From Callorhinchus milii (taxonomy: Eukaryota), in assembly GCF_018977255.1 (NCBI RefSeq), contig NW_024704742.1, positions 57,104,001 to 57,168,000 of the forward strand: 64,000 nt of DNA, in the 5' to 3' direction. The translations under genes and the position numbers were made by a program. The notes beneath the pieces are model-generated. The model was not told where the DNA came from. It searched no databases and was given only the letters and a program-made list of their open reading frames with translations. Positions 53,641 to 64,000 of the stretch are shown here, piece by piece (position 1 is the stretch's first letter; each line of letters opens with the position of its first letter).

Positions 53641-54547
53641 GTAAGGTCAAATGCTTCACTTTTCTCTGGTAACTGAATTGGGTCGTGTAGTTCTGGGGAG
53701 AGAAAAACACAGGCACTGGAATGCTTAGTCTTCTGCATGGATTTTTTTTAGTTACCCAGGAAATTAAACATTGCATTGAAAATTCTGACAAGGTTAAGTA
53801 AGGCCTCACTGCTGCAGAGTGACAGTGATGTCAACATGTAACACATGACCAACACTGAGATTCAAGCGTTGGGAATAGAAGGCGAACTGCAACCCACAGA
53901 AGCTTACTTGGGAACAGGCTTGGGAACATTAATAATAATAATAATAATAATCCTTGCATTTGATATAGCGCTTTTCACGTCATTGACTGCACTGCACAGA
54001 AACTCACCTGCAGGAGTGCAGTGGGATGTGAACAGGAGTTTTTTTCAAAACCAAAATGTATGATTTATTTATTTACTCCACATTTATTCCAGTTTACCAG
54101 ACATTTCCAGGTATAATATGCCAGTCTTTAGGCAGCGCCCCCTTCTGGAATTAGTAAGAGTATACCTGCTGGATAGCAACCAGGAGAAATTGCAAATTGT
54201 CTTTTGAATTGTGTAAGATTTCTTGACATTATTATTTTTTCAGATCTGATTTAACAATAATAATCCTTGCATTTGATATAGTGCTTTACTGCATCATTGG
54301 GATGTCCCAAAGTGCAGAAGCAGAATATATTGTAAAGTGAATTGACTGTGTATTTTGTTATTTCTAGTACCTTGGGACATCTTCCCGACATGAAAGGCGC
54401 TATACAAATGTAATTTATTGTTGTTGTTATTTTAATTAAGGCATAAGGTAATACGCATAATGGTGTAGGTGCGGATTTCTGGAGAAATATTCTTTATACA
54501 CTGAAAACAACTCATTTTTGAGAGATATTCTGAATATATCTTAATAT

Positions 54548-54874
54548 AATAATAATAATAATAATCCTTGCATTTGATATAGCGCTTTTCACGTCGGGAG
54601 GACGTCCCAAAGCGCTTCACAGAACACACTGTAAAGTGAATTGACTGTATATTTGTGGGCGAACGCGGCAGCCAATTGCGCACAGCAATGTCCCACAAAC
54701 AGTCGTAGATTGAAAATGACCAATTTTATTGTTTTTTTTNGTTTTGGAGGGATTATTATTAGGCGTGTGGAGTAAGGAAACTTTCCCAAGGTTTCGCCCT
54801 GACCTGCCTGGAATTGAACTCAGGTCTCTCACTTGCAAAGCGAGTGCTCTAACCACTGAGCTACAGGACTCCAC
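54548..54874 (-). mobile_element. tRNA-derived SINE, short young form
   Basis: Full-length reverse copy. Confidence 0.92.
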
Positions 54875-56847
54875 TAATATACCTTAATGGATAGATATTT
54901 GTGAGGTCAGGGTATTAATGGTTACAGGGTAAGGTTGGGTAATTGGACTTGAAGTACAAATCTTTTAGAATGGTGGAACATGCTCAAGGTGGCTGAATGG
55001 CCTACTCCTGTTTCTGTGTTTCTATGTTTCTCTGTAATCATCTTATGGTTTAACAGAAAGAGGATGTTTCACTTGGGGTTCCTGACAGGGCTCTTAAAAG
55101 TCTCGGAAATGAAAATATTTCCAAATTGTCATCTTTCTCTAAATCTTTGCCAATGGAACTCAGGTTTGCTGTTTCTGTTTCACACCACCTGATTCCACCT
55201 GCTTTGAAATCATGCACAGTATTATTGTTACATTTGGTACATTGGATTATCTGCTGTTATTCCTTTATTCTTCTAAATAATTTATATTCTGTAAGCATTG
55301 TCTTTGTTTAAAGATAAGTATGGGTGGTAATATTTAAGTACATTTGGATATATTTGGATCTCAGGAATCCTGAGATACCTCAGGAAACTTGATTCAAGAT
55401 AAACACTAAATACGAAGGTCTGGCAGACTACTGTGGTAATTATGACATTGTTTGTCCGGTCTATGATACTCATTACAGTTCTCCCAAACACTAACCCTTC
55501 CCATTAGGTATTTCTAAATGCTTTAGTCTTCTCCTTGAATAATGATTCAACTAATTATATCCTTTACGCCAACTTCAAATTAAAATCTCAGAAATTATTT
55601 GAATGCAAGTGCCACAAAAAAGTTTTTTTTGAACCAGGAGGGAATCACACTGCACAGAAGGGTATGTAATAATAATAATAATAATATTTGGGATAGCACT
55701 TTTCACTTTGGGGGATGACTCAACGTGTTTTACAGGATGTACTATAAAGTAGGTTTTGTGACAAACATGACAGTTGAAATATATACAGTATATATGATCA
55801 TAGTTATATATAATATATAGTGGGGCAAAAGAACAAATAATCTACAATTGGTATAAAAAAGGACAGTGAAATTATTTCAAATTCAATACTTCGAAAAATG
55901 ATTTATTAAAAAGAAAATTAATCCCAATCCTCAAAAGGATCTTGAATTACAATGGAAGCTCAATTACCACTTTTACTGCTGTTAGTTTGTTCAGTGGCGC
56001 AGCACAAGACTGCTTTCCCCTTAGACTCCGCGCTTTTAATTAACAAAGTGACTGAACTCAGTTGATGGATCCGTGCACATGCGCTTTTTTACTTCCAATG
56101 TCTCACCCCATCCTACCCCTGCAAAGTCCTGTGGCCATACCATCTGAGACTCCTCCTCCCCTCACATGCAAACACTGGCCTGCTTCCCTTCCCCCACCTG
56201 TGGGTGAGGTTTTAATCATTCTTTCCCATTCTCTGGAACTTTATACTGTAGTCCTTTGGCCTTGTGATCTTCCTCCTGACCTTCAAAATCAGCTTTAAAA
56301 TTTATCTCTTCAACCGAGTTTTACGCACTATCCCCCACGCCCCTCAGGTCTTCCTCAGCTCTAACTCCCAGGCATTTCCGTGAAACCCTCTAAGATGCCA
56401 TACTAAACTGAAAGGCACTACAGTATACAACTGTAAATTGATATTGTTTGAAGTTGTGCTGAAGATTGAAGGTGAGGAATATTGAGATCTTTGTGAGCTA
56501 GGACCCCAAACTGATTATCACAAACAAATGCAAAACAAAATAATCTCCAGCGTTATAAATTACAATTGTAAGGAAAGTAGGACCGTTGTTCTCTCTAATA
56601 AGGTGCAGTTTAATCAGTACAATCTCATTATCATGGAGGTTGCTTGAAATTGAATATTGTTGTCAAAATTCCAGTGAATTACAGTAATAATTAATTACAT
56701 TATTTATTTGGGGTTTAAATACAGTATTTAAATACTGATATAAACTTTATGAAAATAACTTTATATCAAATGTAAAGTATGGACAATATGTTTAGTATGA
56801 AAAAGTTCTACTTAGTGTGATTTTTTGTTTCTTAATTTCGTTGTCAG

Positions 56848-57016
56848 GGTTTCTTATATTGAGTTCTTGAAGCCATTTGCAATGCGCAGACAATTATGGC
56901 GAGAGGGGAGCAACATGCTAGCGGTGATGCAACATCCTCAGGCAGAGTTGACCATACAACAGCCTGGATGTCAGAAGACAGGACTGCACACTGTGACAGC
57001 AAGGCTCCGACGCCAG
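56848..57016 (+). CDS. EFCAB6-like exon 17
   Basis: gtcag|G to CAG|gtaacc. RVSYIEFLKPFAMRRQLW...ARLRRQ completes the loop EINGDGRVSYIE. Confidence 0.9.
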
Positions 57017-57119
57017 GTAACCTGGAGCAGAGGCAGAGTTGCCTTCATGATAACAACTGCATCAGATAATTACATTTTTCATACATGACCAAATCAAATT
57101 GCACATTTAATTCAAAAAG

Positions 57120-57655
57120 ATTGGGGATGGTGGAGGGCAGGAGAGGGGAAGCAGGGTGAAGGAGGAAGATCTTGAGACTGGTCTTGAAGGAGGCAAGGGA
57201 GGGGGCGGGCAGAGAGACTCCGGGATGGAGTTCCAGAGGGTGGGGGCAGAGGCAGAAGTCCCACCCGCTAATGGTGAGGTGGGTGACGTGAAGCAGGCTG
57301 GAGCCCACTGAGCAGAGGGAGTGGGCAGAATGGTAGGGGTGTTTAGGTGGTCGCAGAGGTAGGGGGCAGCAAAGTATGGAGGGCTTTGAAGGTGAGGACC
57401 AGTATCTAGAACTGTATTCTATGTGTGATAAGGAGTCGGGCAAGGATAGGATGCCTGGTGCAGAAGAAGACACGGGCTGCAGAGTTCTGGATGATCTGTA
57501 GTCTATGGAGGAAGGAGTTGGGAGGCCGATAAGCACGGAGTTTGCATAGTCAAGTCTGGATGTTATGAATGTGTGTATGAGGGTTTCGGCAGCCTGCAAT
57601 GTGAGACAGTGGCGGAACTCGGCAATGTTGTGGAGGTGGGGGAAGGCAGAATGCA
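57120..57655 (-). mobile_element. L2 ORF2 fragment
   Basis: AETLIHTFITSRLDYANSVLIGLP motif, frameshifted. Confidence 0.88.
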
Positions 57656-58406
57656 TCATAAATTAAAAAAAGATTGCCAAACTTCATTTGGGATGGGGGA
57701 AACAGATGAAAAGAAAAACAAGAATAAAACACATTTGTAAACACATTTAAAAAAAGAAACAAAGAACAAGTATGTATTTTAAAATGTTCTTTGGGGATTT
57801 TTTTTTCATTTGGCACTGTCTCTCATTACTTTCTCAGGAGCAAGGACTGAAGTTTTGCAACCGTTTTACGCATACAAGTAACTGTATGCACTTCTTCACG
57901 CTTATGGTATGCATAAAACGATTGCAAAACTCAGCCCTTGCTCCTGAGAAAGTAATGAGAGACAGTGCAATTTGGTCATAATGTCTTCGTCTCCTAAAGT
58001 TGAAGGAATAATGATTCCTCCTTAGTGTGTACTTGACAAGACATCATTGTCCATCTTCCCAGAGTGCCGAGGTCCCATTGGTAAGGAAATAGGTGCAGAG
58101 AGTGCAAAGGATAGGGGCCAGGGATTCAGTTAGCAGAGCATGAACTCGCAGTGGGGTGTGATCAGAGGACCTCAGCAATGTCAAGTCATTGGGTTACAGT
58201 GCGCAATAGACAATGGTTGTGGAGTAGTGCAGAGTTGGTGGGTAGCACATGTGATTGAGGCCTGGCATGTCCTGGAATGTTATTGCAACTTAGTCTGATG
58301 TCTATAGGAATGTCTATTGGGCACGACCAATGCAGTGCTAAAGTGCGTGTAGCTATCCAATGGTTTTACCTTGAATCAAACTTCAGTTTTCCCTTATGTC
58401 CTACAG

Positions 58407-58709
58407 CTGAAGGGTGAGTGGAAACCGTTACGCAGAGCCTTTAAGAAGTTAGACAGTAAAAGTAGTGGCTACTTGTCCCTGCCGGAGTTCCGAGCCGTTC
58501 TCAAACTGTGCAATTTCCTTCTGAATGAGGAAGAAGTTTACCAGATAATGTCGAAATTCGATGAAAACCTAGAAGGCAAAATCGACTACAGAAAATTCCT
58601 GGAAGAGACCTACAAAAAGAAACAAATCAAACAGAAAGCCAACCAGCCCTTACCAGAATTAATCAATTTGTCTCACGTGGTTGGAAAACCACATGAACAA
58701 CTAATGTAG
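58407..58709 (+). CDS. EFCAB6-like exon 18 (terminal)
   Basis: ctacag|CTG. LKGEWKPLRRAFKKLDSKSSGYLSLPEFRAVLKLC...FDENLEGKIDYRKFLEE...-TAG; a final EF-hand pair. Confidence 0.92.
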   Translation: MKGEWKPLRRAFKKLDSKSSGYLSLPEFRAVLKLCNFLLNEEEVYQIMSKFDENLEGKIDYRKFLEETYKKKQIKQKANQPLPELINLSHVVGKPHEQLM

Positions 58710-58723
58710 TCAACACGCCACTG

Positions 58724-58729
58724 AATAAA
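58724..58729 (+). terminator. Candidate polyadenylation signal of the EFCAB6-like gene
   Basis: AATAAA 15 nt after the stop. Further AATAAA candidates lie near 59261 and 59798. Confidence 0.45.
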
Positions 58730-58749
58730 AGCAATAACACCAAGTTATT

Positions 58750-59068
58750 GGAGTCCTGTAGCTCAGTGGTTAGAGCACTCGCTTTGCAAGCGAGAGACCT
58801 GAGTTCAGTTCCAGGCAGGGCGAAACCTGGGGCAAGTTTCCTTACTCCACACGCCTAATAATAATCCCTCCAAAACCAAAACAATAATAAATTGGTCGTT
58901 TTCAATCTACGACTGTTTGTGGGACATTGCTGTGCGCAATTGGCTGCCGCGTTCGCCCACAAATATACAGTCAATTCACTTTACAGTGTGTTCTGTGAAG
59001 CGCTTTGGGACGTCCTCCCGACATGAAAAGCGCTATATCAAATGCAAGGATTATTATTATTATTATTA
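58750..59068 (+). mobile_element. tRNA-derived SINE, short young form
   Basis: Full-length copy beginning 20 nt after the AATAAA at 58724. Confidence 0.92.
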
Positions 59069-61654
59069 AGTTAACAATGTTTCCATTGAAGTTTCCTTTA
59101 TATCAATTTTCTTAAATGTACATAGTTAAAAGTACTATACCTGTGACTTCCCCTTTCATATCTGCTTAATACTGAATGTGCAAAGATAAGTCCATTCACT
59201 CTGAAAATGCATACTTGGTTAATAGGCATTTTTTCAGTCAAGTATACAGTCAAATTTCCCAATAAATGTCTCCAAATGCTTTAGGAAACTGGAGAAAGTA
59301 TTGTGTTTTGGCACAGAATACCAGGTGCTTTTCCAAGGTGTTCATAGCCCTAGCGCTCTAACAGTCAAAGATCAGGGCATCTACTGTGGGAACATTTGCA
59401 CAATAGCAGATCACAATAAGATAAATAGAAATAAAAAAGCACCTGAATCTTGAAATTGATGTGAAAACTCTTCGTTTGTCACTTTTATTAAATTTAGGAA
59501 TAATAATTATAAAATATTGACCAATTAGACTTTTTGAAATAGTTTCTGTCCATAATGTTATTTCGTTAACCTGTAAGTGCATTAAATGTAGTGGCAATGC
59601 ATAGACGGAAGATTCTCATGTTTTCCAATATAAAGTGATCTGAGTTAACCGATCCATGCCACTACATCAGTAAGTTACAGCCTATCAAATATAACGTGTG
59701 TCTATTTGATCATGTTTTCAGGAGTTTATTGATATAGTGATGTTTAGTTGTATGAAAGTTCTTGTAGTACTTCCTGCTTGCAACGTTTTAGGTTTCCAAT
59801 AAAGATACATTGATAGAATTCTATGGTTTACTTCCGTTAAACATATCTTTTTCTATTTAAAAAATGTTTTTCTCTCGAAATGCAACATTTAGCTCCACAG
59901 TCACAAAACCAGAAGCCAAAACTCCGATTTACTCGTTTCCAGATTTCGCCAGCTGTATTGATTTTGAATGCAATGTAAAAAGCAATATTGCGCAGACACT
60001 CACTAATGCTCTTTTTTTCTGTTGTTTGTTGTCATGTCTTTTTTTCTCAAGTCTTACCGCAATATTTAGGGGTAAGCGCTTTTTATTGCACAATAGGAGG
60101 GTAGCAGTTATCTTCCATAGAGATTTCTAGCTTTGCGTGAGTACCCTTTAACTGTCCAGAACCTGTCAGAACCTCTGCTGGCACTTGACCATAGGGTGCT
60201 GTCGAGAACATTTGTCTGACATAAGTAGCAGTTTTGATATCTCTTGCACAATCTGTCAGTTTAACAGCGCACCCGATGACCCTTGCAAGACCACACACAG
60301 CACTTCTGATGCCCGAAGTTTCTCATGGACTCAGCCTTAAGACCATTGTCTTAAAATTCAAGATCATGTAGAAATTTGGAAAATTCTTGTATTCAATCTT
60401 AATTTGGAAGTTCAATTCCCGCAATCCTTGAACAGATCTTCCAAATTAACACAGAGTTTGTGGATTTTCCAACATCCTGCACAATCTAAAACGTTGAAGG
60501 CCATAGACATTTGAAGCATAATGTGGAGCGGAATAAAGGCAGAAGGAAACGGGGTAAAGCACAGAACTGCGTTTGGGATATTTATTGGACCCGGGATTTA
60601 TATCAAATGAAGAGAAAGGAATAGTTTTTATTAAGAACGAGAACTTCATGATTTGTTACTGCATAGTAAGTATCACCATCACACAGATCTTTGAGCTAAT
60701 AAATTAGCATGCTGTAAGGGGTTGGAGGGCAACCACTCACACACACACACACATACATACACAGCCACAAACATACATACAGATAATGCATGCATACATA
60801 CATCACACCTACCTACCTACCGACATATCTGGATACATACATGCATGCTTACATACATGCATAAATACATACGATACTATTTTATATCCATACAATACTA
60901 ATTGCTGTAATTAAGCAGTAATTACTGAATGCATTTCACACAGGACACCCGCGGGTGCAATGTCAAGCCAGTGACTGACTTCCAGCTCGTCATTGTATAT
61001 CAGTGCCCGTATTGCTTTCCTCGGTTTGTACCTAAGAAAATCCTATTAACAAAGTTATTTGCAAGGAGGTTGGAGTGTGCGTTCAGCACTGCCTGTGTCA
61101 GATTTCGAAGCAACTGGACTATCTTCCAAACCGAGATTACACATCGGCCATTTAGCCAATGTTTTCAAGGTCGGGCTGGTGCAATGTAAAACATTAATCT
61201 CATTCTTACCGTCCGTTCTTTTGGCTTTGACGTTTGGTAATAAACGTTTGCTAACCCTTGTAATTCGTGAAATTCGGAATTAATAGTGGCAGTGCCTCTC
61301 TTGTGCAGTTAGCAATCAGCGAAGCCTCTTAAACTTTTAGTGCTGGCGCTCTGCTCCTCTCTCTGGTCTGTATTCTGCAGCTGGTGTATATATCACTGTG
61401 GGCACCTTATCTTTCTATCATCTTTGTTCAACTTATCTGCAGATAGACTGTCACGGGTCCCAGTCTAATACCCGGGAAGCAATAATCTGTCGGCAATGTT
61501 GCGGCAGTAATCCAGAGCAGAGGGACACAACCAACAATAATCAGCTGTGAATACCCAACACGCGAGCAACCAGAGGGGAAAGCGCACACAGGGTTCAAGT
61601 CCAACCGACCGCTTTGCACACAAGTGCCCATGTGTTGAGGGGTATTGAAAAGGC

Positions 61655-61717
61655 ATGTGTGTGTGTGTATATATATATGTGTGTGTGTGTATATATATAT
61701 ATATGTGTGTGTGTGTG

Positions 61718-61748
<31 letters not shown>

Positions 61749-62205
61749 ATGTGTGTGTGTATGTATATGTGTGTGTGTATATATATATGTATGTGTGTGT
61801 ATATATATGTGTGTGTGTGTGTATATATATATATGTGTGTGTGTATATATATATGTGTGTGTGTATATGTGTGTGTATATATGTATGTGTGTGTATATAT
61901 GTATGTGTGTGTATACATATGTATGTGTGTGTGTATATATATGTGTATATATATATGTGTGTATATATATGTGTGTTTATATATATGTATGTGTATATAT
62001 ATGTGTGTGTGTGTATATATATGTGTGTGTGTGTATATATGTGTGTGTATATATATGTGTGTTTATATATATGTATGTGTATATATATGTGTGTGTGTAT
62101 ATATATATGTGTGTGTGTATATATGTGTGTGTATATATGTGTGTGTATGTGTATATATATGTATGTGTATATATATGTGTGTGTGTATATATGTGTGTGT
62201 GTGTG
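61655..62205. repeat. Mixed (TG)n/(TA)n array
   Basis: About 550 nt of alternating purine-pyrimidine sequence. Source of the spurious ORFs there. Confidence 0.95.
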
Positions 62206-64000
62206 CCTGTGTTTCCTAACTCGCGTGCCTAACATTTGTGTCATTTTTTTGTCCATCGAAAAAAAAGTGTGCTGCCCTGTCATAGGTGTTAAATTGAAGG
62301 AATCACGCTAAAGGTTAAAATGGTTCATCCCCTTCTCTGTAGTTGCCATGAGCATTAAACACCCCCCCCCCAAAAAAAAAAACCCAAATAAAGCTTCCAC
62401 GTGGCATGTGATCCTTTAAAGGGACTACAGGATCGTTAGTCTGAATCCAGGACTGTAGCCACAGTATCATCAGTCTGTACCAACACTCAGACACAAGTGT
62501 GCTTTGGATGCCAGTCCTATAAGATCATAGCAGACTGCACCCACTTTAACTGCCTTCAAGATGTTTGTGGGACGGTCAGACTTTCAGGATTAAAGGCGAA
62601 ACGCTGCAAAAGTCACTCGGTGGAATTAATCCTGACTTTTTTTTTTAATTTAAAGGGACGCTATTCTTTCCTGCGATCAAATCAGCGAAATCTCGCCTAA
62701 CTCGGTGGCATGTTTCTGGCATTTAAAACGAGTTTCATCTTATTTCAGCACAGTTGAGAAATCACCACATTTCTCCAAATAAAGAATGGGAGGGCCCAAC
62801 ATTAACGCTCTCTTTACATTTGACCGGATTTCTTTCTAGGACCTGAAACCTTAAGGCAAGGTCGAGCCCAAGCAAACGAAAAGGTTGTGTAAATCTCGTT
62901 TGTGACAGTTTTCTAATCCTACACATGGGGAACAACCAAACGGGTAACTGCTTCTTTAGTTAAAACCAACAAAAGCGAATCCTGTCTCTTTTTAAAACTC
63001 CTGTGAGGAGAACATCGTCTGCAAAACAAACGAACTGTTTGCGCAAACCTCCTGGTAACTGCATTTGCATCCACTGTCCCCCCCCCCCCTCCCCACTCCC
63101 CTTGTATGGAGGATTGGTGCTGCTCAACAGATTAACGTGTCCATCCACTGGTTTGCAGCTGACACCTGCATGGCAGATTACAATAGCTGTTAGAATGGGT
63201 TTCTGTCAGTGTTTTTAAAGTGTTTGTGTGTGTGGCTGGAACACGCCGATCTGTTTGCTCAATGTACGCCTGGACGCACAAGTGAGCTCTGTATTAGCGA
63301 AGCTGTTGAGACAGCAATCCGGGATTGAGAGCTCCTAGTCCCGGCGAGCAGAGCCTGGGGGACTCGGGGCACCAGCAGTCATCCAAGCTTTGTTTCCCCA
63401 CGACACAGAGAGAGCCTTTGATTTAATGGAGACGATTATTTTTATTCTTGCCCACTCAAGGATGAAGCGCAAGGAACCAGGGAATGTCCCTTTCAGAACA
63501 TTTACAATAGAGCACCTCCAGCCCCCCACCACCCCCCCCCCCCCCACCCCAAAAAAAAGAAACACCAAAAAAAAATGTTCTCTTGTGTTTTGTTGCGGCT
63601 CTCTCTTGGAAACCACTGCTATACAACTTACTTAAAGAAAGCGTTAAGGGAAAAGGAAGAAATTAATTTATTCATTATAAGAGAGGGGCAAACACATTTA
63701 AGTTACAATTTCGTTTGAATCAATCGCCTCCTGGGTTGAGCTGACAAGTGTAATCTTTTGCAAAGCCAAACTATCTTCAGCTTCGACTTTTGGCCAGATC
63801 TGGCAAATTGGGGCTTTTTGGGTCATAGTTTTGAAGATTTTATCCTCGCTAGTAATGCTTATCTCAGATAACCCCCCCCCCACCACCCTATAACCTTGCC
63901 AACTAAACAGAGAAAGCAAACGTTCACCGTTTTATGATGAGTTTGTCAAAGGAGAGTCCAGTTTGGATTTTCATCGCAGCAATTTTGAAACAACAACAAA

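Noticed and set aside
61465..62311. Long ORFs in several frames
   Set aside because: Products of the TG/TA repeat array.

Overview
Vertebrate nuclear DNA. The SINE/L2/CR1 content and compact introns suggest a cartilaginous fish, possibly a chimaera (inference). Three spliced protein-coding genes can be built by hand. (1) The last two coding exons of CFAP97 (+). (2) A complete 4-exon SLC25A4/ANT1 gene (-, 897-nt CDS, 298 aa), convergent with CFAP97 as in human 4q35. (3) A complete 18-exon multi-EF-hand gene (+, 22965-58709, 2781-nt CDS, 926 aa) of the EFCAB6-like type, divergent from SLC25A4, with a perfect RFX X-box upstream. All exon phases join in frame with GT-AG boundaries. The ORF track shows only fragments of this gene. 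The rest is tRNA-derived SINEs in several subfamilies, Deu-domain SINE relics, L2 and CR1 fragments, simple repeats and several palindromes. Two repeat-free, motif-dense non-coding blocks (about 46.8-51.8 kb and 59.1-64 kb) look regulatory. There is no evidence for prokaryotic-type systems. Repeat boundaries are approximate, and family or orthology names come from recalled sequences rather than searches.
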